Source: the human T2T-CHM13v2.0 reference genome, Homo sapiens. Taken from it: a stretch of 64,000 bases of DNA. A program made the translations under genes and the position numbers. The stretch lies in the NCBI RefSeq assembly GCF_009914755.1, contig NC_060939.1; one strand, 5' to 3'. The notes under the pieces are model-generated. The model worked only from the letters and a program-made list of their open reading frames with translations. It was not told where the DNA came from and made no database searches. Every line of letters starts with the position of its first letter. Positions within the stretch are counted from its first letter, which is position 1. Shown piece by piece: positions 26,850-53,413 of the stretch.

Positions 26850-27760
26850 GTCGGGAGCGCGCGCACGCTCTGGACTTGTGCACCCGCGGAAAAGGGTGCG
26901 CCGAGGGGGTAGGGGCGACGGGGATGGGGGCGGGGTAGGGGCGACGGGGACGGGGGCGGGGTAGGGGCAGCCCTTTCCCAGGCGGTAGCGGGGGCGGTGG
27001 TTCTGTTGTCCTGTTGCCCTTTTAAGCTGCGGCTTGACAGGGGCCGCGCCTCCTGTCGGTGGAGTCGGTTACAAAGGGAGCAGCCCCCCAGGCCGCCACA
27101 CAGCTCCCGCCAAGACCTGGTGCCCCTTGCCATTTTCCAGCCGCGCTCCCAGGAGAGTGGAGGCTGCAGGAAGAGGCGGGTCTTTAGGCTCACAAGAGCT
27201 CGGCCAGGCGGCCCCGCGGGGTGGTCGTGGCCATGACAGCGGCTCCAGACGGCTCCCCTTCCACGCCCTTCCCGCCGGAGATGAGGGGAAGATGTCTGTG
27301 TCAAGATTCAAGGCCAAACTGAAGTTGCTGGCGTCTATCTTCCACGAGAACCAGGAGGCTCAGCTGCGGCTCACGCTCCACTGCAACATGAGGTGAGGCG
27401 CCCGGCGGCGGCCTCGCGGGGCAGGAAGAGGGCGGAGAGGGGGTGCCCGGAGTCCCGGGACAAAGGGGAACCTGCCCCGGCGAGGCTCCCCGCCCCTTTC
27501 TCCCGCAACTGGCCCGGCCCGCCCCGGGACTGCGCGAGGCTTGGGTGGGAGGAGGCGGCGGGCGCGTCTGTCTCTCCGGCTCCTCGCATGGGGCTGTCTT
27601 GGGGGCCACTGGCCCCTCTCAGCCCCCGTCGCCGCCCCCCGAGGTGGGAGCCCGCGGTGGCGGGAGCCCTCTCGGGACCCATGGTCGCCCTCAGTCAGCC
27701 GGCCTGCTCCGGGGACCGCGACAGGGCGGGGAATGGCGGCTTTTGAGCCCAGGCGGGGAA
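26850..27760 (+). promoter_or_regulatory. CpG-island promoter of the UBE2Q2-derived transcript
   Basis: CpG-dense; tandem GC-box/G-run repeat at 26905-26967; TTTAAG ~27021; encloses exon 1. Confidence 0.85.
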
Positions 27761-27786
27761 AGGCAAAGGCCTTTAAGATTTTCGGT

Positions 27787-28308
<522 letters not shown>

Positions 28309-29066
28309 CCTTCAATCCAATCAAGTTGACTCTGAGTATTAACCATCACAAGTGTCTTCAGAATTGTCATTCTTTTCTGCTGTGGCCTCCCTCTCCTGGT
28401 TTGCAGACCCATGCTCCGCCTGTGACACTAGGATGGGGAGGTGCTGGCAGGAGAGCTTTCTAGCTCCTGAGTTAAAAGGCAGAGATGGAGTCTGTTTTAA
28501 GATTTTGCTGCTGTGTTGAGTTATATTAAAAAACATTTTGTCTTTTCCCTCTGGTTTTCACACTCATAGTAAGAGGCCATCAAGATAGGCTTCTTATATG
28601 GGAGGGTGATTCTTACCAACTGTAGTTGGGACAAGAACGGTAAAGAATGTTAGATTCTTCTGGAAAAAAGTGGTCCCTCCATTATTTGGATTGGGTTTGT
28701 GGCCTTCTCAAGCCCAGCAGTCTAATTCCATCTGCTTTGTGTCTTCCGGCATGTCCCTGTAGTTTTGGTTCACTAAGGGTATTCTCCTTGTATCTGTTAT
28801 TTTTCTGCTGCTGTGTCAGACTTATTCTGTTTAGTAAAATACTGTCATTTTGGTGGGATTTTGGAAAGAGGACCAGGCCACATCTTGAAATTCATCTTAG
28901 GATTTTACAACCCTAACTCACTTTTTGTTTTGATTAAATTACCCTTTTTGAGGGGTGGGGGCTCAGCTTTATCATTTGCAAAATGAAGGATAGTAACTGG
29001 GCTGATGGTTACAGATGTGGATGCGTGTCAGAATCACCTCAGAGAGCTTTTTAAAAACACATTCTC

Positions 29067-29370
<304 letters not shown>

Positions 29371-30600
29371 TCAAAAATGCTCTTTCAATCACTGATGCAA
29401 CCAAAGTCTTTGGGACTTTTAGGCTAAGAATATATTCTTTAGATACCCAGAATAGTTTAATGTGGAGTATAACAATTTAGGGAAATGAAGAAGGGTTGAA
29501 TTACATTTTGGAAGCTGCTGCTTGCTTCCTTTTTCCATTTAGTTTTTAGAAGACAAAGAATGTCTAAAGAGATACAGATTTAAAGCAAATATAAGTTAAT
29601 TCTTCATGGGTATGTTTATCTACATGGCTTTCTCCAGCTGACTGATCCAGAAGAGTTCTAATACCCTCTGTGATCATGGGTTTGTTTTTCTTAAGAATTA
29701 CTCCATCAGAGTATCTAAGAACAGATGCTTAGATACTGCTGAGACCTTTGTTGGTCTTACTTGATCTCTGAATCCTAGTTTTTTGATCTTCTACATATTC
29801 TGGGTTTTAACCTGTACTGGCCTTCATGGTTAAAGAAGCATTTATATACTGTGCCCAGGCCAGGAAGCTTATCTTTTGAACTTTGCCCAAACTGTGTATG
29901 AAGGCCCTTCTTAAAACCCCATTAAATTCATTTCTAAACTTGATCATTGTAAATTGTGTCAGTTGGTAAATTCTGTCTTGTAGGGAGGTATTTTGTAGTA
30001 AATAACATGTTTTTAAAACTAAAATTTGCCTTTTAGTAAGGTGGTAATCATTTCATAATTCTTAGTTTTGTCAAGTGTCTATAAATAACACATCTGATCT
30101 TTTAAAATGTAAGGCAATTGAATTTATGTAATGATTCAGGCTTTTCAAAGTTAAAAAGGTAGTTATTTTAAGGAATGGATAGTTTGTGATATTTATTTTA
30201 AACAAAATAAGCCATTGATCTTATACACATAGCCATGTAAGTAAAATGTTTTCTTATTTTAAATTAGATTACATTTTAACATTTTTTTCGGTTTTGCTTT
30301 GTATTTGACTGATTGCTTTTCTTTATTCCTAATTCTTTTATTCTTTGTTCCGTTTTTAAAAGCTGATAACTGTTGTTTGTCAAATCAAAGTTGGATTTAA
30401 AAATAAACATTTAATTTTAATAAGCTCTCTGCTAGTGGCACTGCAGTGACAGATGGTTGAGAGTTTGTCCCTAAAGCTATGGCACCGGTCTTCTAATTGA
30501 CTCACCCTGTATTCAGCCTGTGTAGCCCTGGCAGATTCTTTCTCTGTTTCAGAATGGGACAACAGAAGAAGTGACTTCAGAGGAAGAGGAAGAAGAGGAG

Positions 30601-42084
<11,484 letters not shown>

Positions 42085-42229
42085 AGTAGAGTATTGAAGT
42101 CGTGGCAAAGATCTTTCCAGTGATCAAAGCAGTGGCTCGTTATGTTCCCTCAGACTGAAGCTACAGTCTCATCTTCACTTTCTGTTAGCTCCCTCCATCC
42201 TCTGCGTAGGCCCACACCTGCTTCTTACA

Positions 42230-42650
42230 GTTGTGTGGATTATAGCACCTCCTCTCCAGCCTCAGGACCTTTGTGAGTGCTGCTCCTTCTTCCTTGACTG
42301 CTCTTCACCAGGGATCCTCAGGGCACAGCCCTTACCTCCTGCAAGTCTTGACTTAAATGTCACTTTCTCAGGGAGGCCCACACTCATCACCATTTCACAC
42401 CCACCTCCCACATGACCTTATTTTACCTGTTCTCTCTTCTCCTCTTTTTTTTAGAGTACTTATGATCTCATGTGGTACATTTTGGGGTTTTTGGTTCTTC
42501 TGTATCCGCCACTGCCATGATCAGTTAGAATGTTGGAAACCAAGGAAACTTGGTTTTTTGGCCTGTGATGAAAACTATGGGGTCTAATAGTATCTGATAA
42601 AGTGGCAGACCCTCAATTATTATTTGCTGAGTAAATGAATGAAGGTGTGT
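42230..42650 (+). mobile_element. L2 3' fragment
   Basis: 'cctcaggacctttg', 'ttaaatgtcactttctcagggaggcc', and terminal 'tatttgctgagtaaatgaatgaa'. Confidence 0.6.
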
Positions 42651-42707
42651 AGACAACTAGCTCTAGAAGCTTAAATGAGTGATACCATGTTTTATAACAT
42701 TGGAAGA

Positions 42708-43050
42708 GGCCGGGAATGGTGGCTCACGCCTGTAATCTCAGCATTTTGGGAGGCCAAGGTGGATGGATCTCTTGAGGTCAGGAGTTTGAGACCAGCCTGG
42801 CCAACATGGTGAAACCTTGTCTCTACTAAAAATGCAAAAATTAGCTGGACGTGGTGGCACACGCCTGTAATCCCAGCTACTCTGGAGGCTGAGGCACAGC
42901 ATCACTTGAACCCAGGAGGCAGAGGTTGCAGTGAGCTGAGATGGTGCCACTGCACTCCAGCCTGGGCAACAGAGTGAGACTCTGTCTCCAAAAACAGAAA
43001 AAAGAAAGGGGGGGAAGAAAAGAAGAAGGAAGAGGAAAGGGAGGAGGAGG
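42708..43050 (+). mobile_element. AluSx-like with GA-rich tail
   Basis: Full dimer followed by a purine-rich tract. Confidence 0.92.
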
Positions 43051-43865
43051 ATTTATCATTCACTTACACTAGAAACAGTGAAAATAGATAATAGCTATAA
43101 TTTACTCACATCTTATCTAAAACACAAATTCAGGGTAATTTATGAGCAAGTCATTTTCCGGTGGGCTTTCGATAGTGTGTGAATTTGGAATGAATGCTGG
43201 TACTTCCAGCTCCCTTCCACCTGCAGCACCAGGAAGCCATTGTTGTGGGGAGGCCACCAACTTGGCTGGCATGTTGCTTCTGCCTCAGTTAGTGATGATG
43301 GTGATTTGGAGAGAAAGGACACTCTGCTAGGCTCCAAATCCAAAGGATCAAGTGGATAAATGAAATGAATATCTAAATAAATATCAATTAGGTCAAAAGT
43401 TTGTTTTCATCTAAATGAAATCTGAACACTACTTAGGGCTATGAAACATAGCCAGAGGACATGGCCAGCTCTGGAGTGGGGCCTGGACTTGCTCTCCCCT
43501 GCTGGAAGTGCTTTTCCTCCCAGAGCTCAGAGCACCATGTGCGTGTGACCCCTGCCTTTTCACAGGCCATTGCCACAGGGCATCTCCCTGGTCCACCCGC
43601 CCCAAGATGAGCCAGCCTCCCACTCAGGAAGTGGGTGGGGAAGGGAAAGAAAGACAGAGGAGAGAGAGACAGTCACACACAGGCAGTGGAGCTCCCCTGC
43701 ACCCACCAGGGAGCTTGAGCAGCTCATCTGCAGAGCAGGGAAACATTTTTACTACCATTGGGAAGACGCTGAGCAGAGAGGTGAGGGGACAGCATTTCTT
43801 GTCTCCCTGTGGCTTGTTCCACTCACAGTTCAGTTTCTCCTGTTCTTGGGGAAAAGGAGGGAAAC

Positions 43866-44410
43866 TGTATTAGTCAGGGTTCTACAGAGAAACAGACCCA
43901 ATAAGATGTGTGCATGTGTGTGTGTGTTTATATATGTTCACAGAATGTATATATGTGTATATATATGTATATGGATAACTGCATATATATATTATTTATA
44001 GAGAGAGAGAAGAGCAGGAGACAGAGATAAAGAGAGATTCATATAAAGAATTATATTCATAATTTATATAATAATTTGTTCCTTTAATCATAAAGTCTGG
44101 CAAGTCCAAAATCTGCAGGGCAGGCCAGAAGCCTGGGCACCCCGGAAAGAGTTGCATCTAGACTCTGAAGACGGTCTGGAGGCAGAATTCCCTCTTTCCC
44201 AGGGAATTCCAGTCTGTTTTCTCTGAAGGCCTTTACTGACTAGATGAGGCCCCCACACACATGGAAAGCAATCTGCCCTACTGAAAGTCTACTGACTTAG
44301 AGGTTTAGCTCATCTAAAAAATACCTTCGTAGCAATTTCGAGACTGGTATTTGACCAAATAGCTGAGTAGGTTGGCCTAGCCAATCTGACACATAAAATT
44401 AACTATCACA
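43866..44410 (-). mobile_element. MLT2 (ERVL) solo LTR with internal TA/TG/GA microsatellite
   Basis: 'tgtattagtcagggttctacagagaaacaga' through 'gacacataaaattaactatcaca'. Confidence 0.85.
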
Positions 44411-45060
44411 GAAACAAAATAATCAATATAGGTAATAACTGTGCCAGAATGCTGTGATGTTTCAGGATGACCTTGTTTACATTTACATTTATTGTCAAAA
44501 CTTACCTTCTCTTTTTATATGGGCAATTAAATCTGCTACTGAGGGTATCAAGTACTGATTTAATTTACAATCTTAATAGATAAGATAGGTTCCTATTTTC
44601 TCCTCTCCATAAAAGTAATAAGTTTGGAGAAACCAGGTCGGAAATACCTCTCCAGATTTTAAAGCATAACCTCTTGTTTGGAATAATAAGTATGTAAATA
44701 AGCACCATAAAATATGAAACCAAACATTTCATCATTCTTTTATATACATTATCCCTTGCATTTTTAAAAAATAAGGAACACCTTATTAGCCATATTTTCA
44801 AATGGTGAAACCAACACCCCCAGCTCAGACTCTGCCGTGGTAGGCTCCAGGGTCACTGATACCAGATCCCATGGTATTTTCACTATATCCCACTCTTTCT
44901 TTGCATGTGGCTCTTTTTTAGCTGCATTGCGGGTAAACAGGTGTGGCTCTTTTCAAACCAATTCCATGCATATGTGAAGAAAATTGATCCTGAAGTTCCT
45001 TTTGCCAAAGATGCTTATGGAGAAGTGTCTGTGTCTGGACAGACAAAAGTGTCCATTTTT

Positions 45061-46683
45061 GCCTCGAAGCTTGGCAAAATTGAAATTGATGATGGGGAAG
45101 CTAGAAATACTTCAGTCTACATTTCGAATCCCAGCTGCGGGGAGGCTGGTTGAGGATTGCCCATCCCTCAGTCTGGGCTGGATTCTCCCTCCAGTCTCTG
45201 GGGTTCTCTTTTCTATTCACAAGAGGGTGCTAATGAGATGGTTTAATCTCTATACCCTGTGGTCCACAAATACAAGATGCCAGCGTGGCCAATGGGGCTT
45301 CCATAAGAGTGGCAATCAGGGGTCTCAAGCTTACCATGACGTTTTGGGCCCTGGAATCAGATCATAGTTCTACAGTTGTCCTGGCACTAGAACTCATGAC
45401 AAGGTTGTGACTAGACAGAAGGAGAGAAGGCTGGAGGCTGACAGGAAGCAATGTGAACAAATGCCTTCGCAGGATGCATGGGTTTGGGCAACAGATGGTC
45501 AGGGGAGGTGCTGGTGCAGACGGGCTCAGTAGCAAAGCAATAACTGTGGATGGCCATTTTATGGCTGCAGATCACAGCACATTTATAAAAGATGTGTGTT
45601 TCATGAAAATGTGCATTTCATCGTGGAAATACTGTGGTTGGAGGAGATTTCTCAAAGCTGATAAATAAGTGTAGGTGACTTAACTTGCAAAAGATGATCA
45701 TATGTGAGAACGGATGTCTCAAATTAGGAAATAACTTGTTAAGTAAAAAAGCCTCATGTATTGATTTGAAGAAAAAGATATTTTGGTGCTCATCAAAATA
45801 AAAGTATAATAAGCTGAAGGGCTGCTTTTTTCTGTAAACATAATTTTGTATCACCAGTTTTATTTTCAACGAGGACTTGAAATTCAGAAAAAAAATTAAA
45901 GCAGAGAAATGGGAAAAGGGCAAAAAAAAAGGACAGGAAAATAAAGCCAGAAAAAGGCAAATGAGTACAGAAAAAAATAAAGTATCCACTCAGGTTCTGG
46001 ACACTTTGTTAGAACTGAGAACACACAGATCCAGAACTTCCTAGCAGTTAGTGTAAGTAGGAAATATCACTGTTCATATAATTCAAAGGGTTTTTAAGAC
46101 CCAAAGAAGCATAGATATCTAACTCTGAGATCTCACAGTTCTCTGATGGTTCTAATAAGGAGGACATGGTATGAACAAATTATGCCTTACTGTTCGCTGA
46201 GGTTATATCAATGCCCGAACATTTCATCCAGCAAAGCAGTCACAACTAAAAACAGGTACATGATGGTTGCAGACAGCTTCTCAGTAGCCCAGAGAGTGAG
46301 AGCTCACCAGGGCAGAAGGTCCCTGAACCAGAGGCTGGCAGTGCACATGTGCTTTGGTCAGAGGAGAAGGACAACCATGCCCCACGGGGCTGAGGACCCA
46401 GTGGCTGGAACAAAGACATGATCCCAATTTTTTTGATACCTACTTTCTCACTTTGCCTTTGGGCCTCCACGGAGCTCCTGTGCAGCTGGCTGGACCATGG
46501 CCTATGTACAATGGCTGAGTCTACACACAATCAGAAAAGCAGCCTGAAACTCTGTGGACTGTGTCTGCTTTATTCTCAGCAGGATTAATGACCCTCATTG
46601 AATTCCCATCGCCTCAAAGCTTGGCAAAATTGAAATTGATTATGGGGAAGCTAGAAATACTTCAGTCTACATTTCAAATCCCA
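45061..46683 (+). repeat. 73-bp dispersed direct repeat (45061-45133 and 46611-46683)
   Basis: gcctc(g/a)aagcttggcaaaattgaaattgat(g/t)atggggaagctagaaatacttcagtctacatttc(g/a)aatccca; 3 mismatches. Confidence 0.93.
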
Positions 46684-48932
46684 ACATAACCTGAGTAAGG
46701 GAATTGCATGCTTTTCTCATCGAAAGCTCAAATAACTTAGTAATGGTTCAAAATTGTCTCCTACTGGCTTCTCAATTTAGCACACTAAATGGTCTTAGAG
46801 ATCATTGCTCATCTTTGGACTAAGGCAGGCACAGTAATACATGTTCATTCTTTTGGCCTGAGCTATTACAGTAGCCTCCTAATAACTTATCTTCATCATC
46901 CTCTTTTCACTCATTCTATACTGGGCACCATGTCTGATCATTTTTTTTTCTGATATTTGGATCAGTTCTATTAAACTGATAACCCTGTGATGTCTTTTTT
47001 TCCCTTCAATAGATCTTTAAATTCCAATCCTCACCCTAATCTACTCTTTCCCAATATAGCACCGTTATTCACACTGCTCCCAAAATCTATTCCATCCTCT
47101 GACTTCTCACAATTTTTTTTTGTCCTAAGACTCCATGATAATAGAGAAAAGAATTTTGGTCTTCACAGAATGTATTGACTTAATGATATTCCAAATTTCT
47201 CTTGGGTGTCAAATATATTCCTCACCAAATATGACTGAAAGAAAACTCTATTCACCATGAATTTAAGGATCTCAAAATTATAATATCTTCTCCACTCTCA
47301 TAATTCCACAGCCCCTGCTGTTACTATAATGACCTATATTGCAAAAGAGTGAATTCAATTAGAGTCCAAGAGGAAAACTGCTGGTATTTTTTTCATCTTT
47401 TGCCATCCCATACTTTATAAAGTGCAGTTAGACCCCCTGTTTGCCTCCCAGCATACCAAAGTTATGTAGATTATTTTAAATAAAATCTACTGAAAGCATG
47501 CATTTTTAAGTACCCCTTTTGTGTCCCCTAAATTACAGAGGATAAAACCAGCCATAGAGGCAAATTCCTTTAGACCTTCTCCTAGAAACAAACACTATCC
47601 ATTACATAAAACCTTCAATTGCAAGGACAGTTCTGTAAACCATGATATTTGATCCTGGAAGCTTCCTAGATTGAACACAAAGAAGAGGGTACAGTATTTA
47701 CATACCTCCAGCTTTAAGCTGTGTGCCTGGTGTTTTTCACTCCAAGGTGGTTGAGCATCTCCCTCTACACTGCCATCTACCCCATTCCTCATCACAAATG
47801 TCAACTCTGTCTGAGCTGCCTTCCAAAGTAAGCAGAGAACTCAGGACTGGGAAACCAGATGGGGCTGGCTTGGGAAGTGTGGCCTACCTGTTCCCTCCAT
47901 GACCAAGCACAACACTGTATGTGGGGAATGAAATGGGACCAGGTCCCAGAGTACTGGGGAAACAGAACCTCATATCCAATGAGGAGTTCGGGCAGGCAGG
48001 TCAAAGATGGACCTGAGACCAACTCACTGTGATGGGTGTCAACAGAAAAGAAGACATGGCCTCAGAAGAGATGCTCCCTGAGAAGCTGGGCCACTTTCTC
48101 ATGTGACTGCAGAGTAATCCATCCCTGCGTGGAGCTGACAAGGCACCAAGCTGCTGGGCATGAGACCCTTCACATATCCTCTCTGATCTTCTCGATTAGC
48201 TCTGAAGTCTCTCTGGTTTGAAACCTCATGTCACTTTTTTGGTATGTCTCTGTGGCATTGGACATCTTCTGCCTCATATTAGATGCATTGTGTAGTGTTT
48301 ACTTATCCCTAATTTGCAGCCGCTTATCTGAGCATAGACACTAGACCACTCCATCTTTGCCTCTATAAATATCAGGTGTAGGACCTCGTACTTGACAGGT
48401 GCTCATAAGATATCTTTCTCTCCCTTTTTTTTTTTTTACTTGAGTTCAAGTGATGAGGGTCTAGTAATAGGTATTGCTAAGCAGAGCAAATTCAAATAAT
48501 TGTTTAGAAAAGTATTGATGACTGTATCTGATTAAGAGTATAAAAAATGGGGGAGGAGCTATGCTGAGCCCCCAATTTTAAGTTAGAGACAGGAGAATTC
48601 TGATGCCTGCCACAATTGATATCTTATAATGCTGCATTTGCAAGCTTAACATTCAATCGTTTTTCATTTAGAGTCCAAAGCAATCATTGACCATGGTGCC
48701 TGGGTGTTGGCTGTGAAGCCTGAATTCTAAAACACAATTGTAAACGTATTTTGCCTTATATTGAGATAAGCACATACAATACTTAAGACATGCAATATTT
48801 TAAAGAAATACAAAAAAATTGCTAACTGGCCACATCAGTTCTTAACTTTTTTATTAACCAGAACTGGTTTCCTCTTGCTGTTAGTTCCAGAAGAAAAGAT
48901 TAAATCAGAATAGTTCTATATGTTTTACCTTG

Positions 48933-49475
48933 TGTATTAGGTATCAATTGTTGCACAACAAATCATCCCCAAACATACAGGCTTAAAACCACCATTAGTT
49001 CACAGTTTCTGTGTGCCAGGAAACTGGATATGGCTTGGATGCATCTTCAGCTCTGAATCTCTCACAAGGTCACCATCCAGCTGTCAGCTCAGACTGTAAT
49101 CTTGTCTAAAGGTTTAATTGAGCAAGGAGCCACTCAAACTTAACTCTTGTAGAGTTGGCAGGATTCAGCCCCTTTCAGGTTATTGGACAGAGGGCTCAGC
49201 TCCTTGCTGGTTATTAGCTGAGGCCACCTCAGTTCTTGACTCTGTGGGTCTCTCCATTAGGAAGCTCACAGCATAGCAGCTGGTTTCCCTCAGACTGAGC
49301 AGAGAGCAAGAGAGAGTGCTCAAGGCAAAAGACACTGCCTTTTTGTAACTTAATCTCAGAAGTGACATCTGCTGTGTTCTGTATGTTAGAAGTGAGTCAC
49401 TAAGTCCAGCTGAAACTCAGGGGAGGGCTTGCCTACCAGGAGGCAGGAATCACCAGGACCCATCAGAGACACCGT
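48933..49475 (-). mobile_element. MLT1 MaLR solo LTR
   Basis: 'tgtattaggtatcaattgttgcacaacaaatcatccccaaa...ggcttaaaac' and 'tagaagtgagtcactaagtccagc'. Confidence 0.75.
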
Positions 49476-50030
49476 CTACCCCAGTCTGTGCTCGGGTCCT
49501 TCATGTCTCTCCCTCCTGAAATTTGATAGATTCTGCAAAAGAAAAAGCCTTGATCCACGCTGCTTTCTAGAATGTTGTAGTGAAAAGCAAGTCAGTGTGG
49601 TACATTCAGAGTAATTTTATAATTTTATAATTTAAAAATAATTGACATTACTCCCAGCATTACCAAAGTTGCCAAGATCAGCTTTTAAATGCTCACTTAG
49701 GTCATTTGTGTTTAATGCATTGAGTGTGTGCTCAATCTTCATCCCAAGACAGAGGGATTCAGATAACTGGCAAATGATATGAAGGAAAACCTTTCTGGAG
49801 TAGTCCATCTGGAGGCCACGTCAGGACTAGCCTCACAGGTAGAGTACAGGCATTCTGACTTTGGGAGCATTAAAAAGAGCATCAAACCAAATTATCTGAT
49901 TCAGCCCTATATAATAGCCTACATAAGCCCCAAAGATCTCTATTTTAAATTAGAAATAAAGTTAATGTTTCACTTGAACATTCTGCAGGAAAGTGGTATG
50001 AGATCAAGGTATTATTAACTATTAACAACT

Positions 50031-50330
<300 letters not shown>

Positions 50331-52109
50331 AAAACTATTAGCAACTTAGCATGAAGCACTCTGTCACCTGATAAGAACTGAGAAAGTGTAGCACAGGACA
50401 GATCAGGTTTGTCTTGATGGAAGAAAGGAAAGAGGAAATTACTGATGGTAATCTTGAGCCGAGCACAGAGAAAGGCAAGAAGGGATGGCTCTGGTTTCAA
50501 AGAATCCATGTCTGATTCCTCCCAAGCCCATTCTTTGTTATCTATTGTAATGTCAATACTCATACTAGGTAGGGAGTTCCCTTTAATGACCTCTAAGGAT
50601 TCTTTCAGCTGGAAGAGTTGTATCCATTCATCTGCTAATCTTCTTCATCAAAGGACAGTTGGAAAGGATGCGGCATTACTCCTTACAAGAAGGTGGAAGT
50701 CTAATTTTTAAACTATGAGCTTTTACCTTAATGTGAGCCATTTCTTTTTAAGCTAGGCATTTACATGTACTCCAATATAATTCCTTAGTAGAATACATTT
50801 ATTTTTGGTGCAAAACAAAATTATTTAGTCCAGAGACACCCTTCACTGGCAAAGAAAGACATTCATTGTGCAGTGCAGTAATTCAGAGAAATATTACTTC
50901 CAAGTCTTTTTAAAGTTAAAGAAGAATGTTTTAGGGCCCATTTGAAAAGTGCTATTCATATGAACTTGAAGGTCATTACTCACAGATAATATTCAGGAGA
51001 ACTCCTGTCTAGGCTGAGAGCAGCCACTTCTGTGCTGTTTCAAGTTTTCAGAAACCATGGTACTGTTACTCCTCTATAAGGTAGAAAAACCATATCTAAC
51101 ATATTTGATTTATTCCAAAAACTCAGCAAAATCGATTTCTTTTTCACTCTTTGGAAGAAAGTACAGAATGAGGAAAATCACTTCTTAAAAAATTCATCAA
51201 AATAACTATGTTAAGCCCTTATGATTTCCAGGCCCTGAGCCCGGTTCTGGAGTCATAGAGTTTAGAAGAAAAAGATGGAAATATGCAATCCAGTGGGACT
51301 TCCTTTATCAAATGAACGCAAGGGCCTGATTTCTTTGGTAGATAATGCGTTCAACTAAACGGATCTCTTTGAGATGAGGATATTAGCTGCGCTGCACTGT
51401 CTGTACAATTGTGTCTGTACCTGGAGGAGTTTCCACAGCAGCAGAGCCTGAGATTCTATGCATTTTAGATTTAGAAACCTCATTATACCAGTTCCTACAA
51501 GAATAGGTCTCTGAAAGGACGAATCTCACAAATCAAGCTCATAAAAAATGCATAAACAATGCTTACATCATTTATAATGAGAAGATGTTCATTCCCAGCA
51601 ATAGGGCAGAGCAGATAATTGAGTATCTCCCTAGTGCAGAACATTCAGAAGTACTGGATACTGTAGCAAACAGTTTCAAATGGAGAGCTGAAATTCCAAC
51701 AAAGTCCCAAGACCACATTTTAAGACGAATCTGCAAACCAGAACTGTAAAGCACATGAGTGGACCTCACTGACATCTTTGTTTTATAGTAGGAGGTGGTG
51801 CTCTGGGCTGCATCAGGTAGAAATTAGACCTAGATCCACAGTAAGCCTGTCCTATATGCTGACACTGCCCCTCCCTCCCAGTAAGCCAGAGACTAGAAAA
51901 ACATTCAACCTCCTGTGGGTTCAGAGAAACAACAGAGAGCCTGTTTGACTGATCGCAGGTTCTAGGTGGTAAAGTCTCCCCTAAGAATTTATAGGCAAAG
52001 GCTGATGCCTCCAGTGTATTCACGTGTGAATTCATGCTCTCCTTGTGGCTTGGGAGTGGACAAAGTAAGACACTGATAGGAATTGTTTCCTGGATGGTAA
52101 TACCACTGT

Positions 52110-52560
52110 GACATTGTTGTGGGAAGCAAGCTCTGAGACAGAGACTGACATGCAGGAGAGGGATGAGGGAATGCTCTTGGAATCTCCACCTGGAAGTGAG
52201 GAGTAGAAAGCAGGACTGGGACTGGGCCGAGGAAGAGGGCAAGACTCAGCCAGCCTTGCAGGGAGTTCTAAAGATTACGTGGCTCTTAAGAATTATCTGG
52301 AGTAGGGCGAGAGGCGAGGCCCTTAGTGCTCCAAGTGAATCAGTCTCGGGATGCTCTGGGAGGGGGCCATGACCTTGGGTGGTGGGGCCATGTCGGAAGG
52401 GCTGGCACCTGACTGCACTGTCAGATGGGGCAGGCAGTAAGTCCTTACTCCTGAAAGGACTGTCTGTCCAGGGCTTCTGCTGGCAGCACTGTCAGTCTCG
52501 GGGCAATAAGCCCTTTACTCCTGAAGGGATATCAGGGTGGCCATCACTGTGTCACCACAG
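52110..52560. mobile_element. Old MLT1-type LTR fragment
   Basis: 'aagctctgagacagagactgacatgcagg...gggaatgctcttggaatc' resembles MLT1. Confidence 0.5.
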
Positions 52561-53034
52561 GGTTCTAGCAGAAGCAAACACAAGGCAGCTGTGAAGGGCA
52601 GGCCCTCCACCTAGGATTCCAGTTGACCCATCTAGCAGGATAAAGATAGAAAATGATGGCAGTTCTCGTAACTACAGCATAATTAATTTCAGATTTAAAA
52701 AACCAGGTGAAGCTAAAATACCAGATTTTAAATAATGGAACTTGAAAGGGAGCTGATTAGAATTCATGAATCCTAAGGTCTTTGAATTATCCTGGTTAAC
52801 TGGTGGAATTAAAACTGTATAGTTAACTATATGTATTAAAATATGAAAGGGAATCTTCAAAAATAGGGAAATAAAATGTATAGCTCTCCAGCAAGATACT
52901 AAAAAGCAAAAACAGAAAAATGAACATAATACATAGCATATAATAAAAAGAATGGAATACATCTAAATGTATTGGTAAAATAATAAATATAAACGATCAA
53001 AAGATGTTTCTTCTAAGGCACAAAATTAACATTA

Positions 53035-53413
53035 TCTGCCACTTTATACGTAGAATCTGGAGGACCTTGAATAGCCTAACTATAATACCCCTACCCACCC
53101 TGCTCCAGTGGCAGGTCCACTAGACAACCTTCCTTATCATGGGTGGCAGAGCCCGGAAGCAAGTGTCACTCCACCCTCTTGTTACTACAAAGCCTGACTC
53201 CCTCAGCTCCTGCTTGTTCACTCTGTTTCCAAGCGCAGCCCTCATGTGGCCCCACATCATGTGGTTCCATCCTCCCCTGGGCTGTGTGTGCCTGTGACTA
53301 ATAAGCTGGTGTGAACTCAACTGTCTAGTGTTGGGTGTCATGTGTCCAGTCATTTCCATAACCCCAGTGTGGGAATCTCTCCTCCACAAATGGGATGGAG
53401 ACGAGATGAATAC
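53035..53413 (+). mobile_element. ERVL LTR fragment (MER54/MER74-like)
   Basis: 3' end 'ggtgtcatgtgtccagtcatttccataacccc...gggaatctctcctccacaaatgggatgg...aataca'. Confidence 0.6.
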
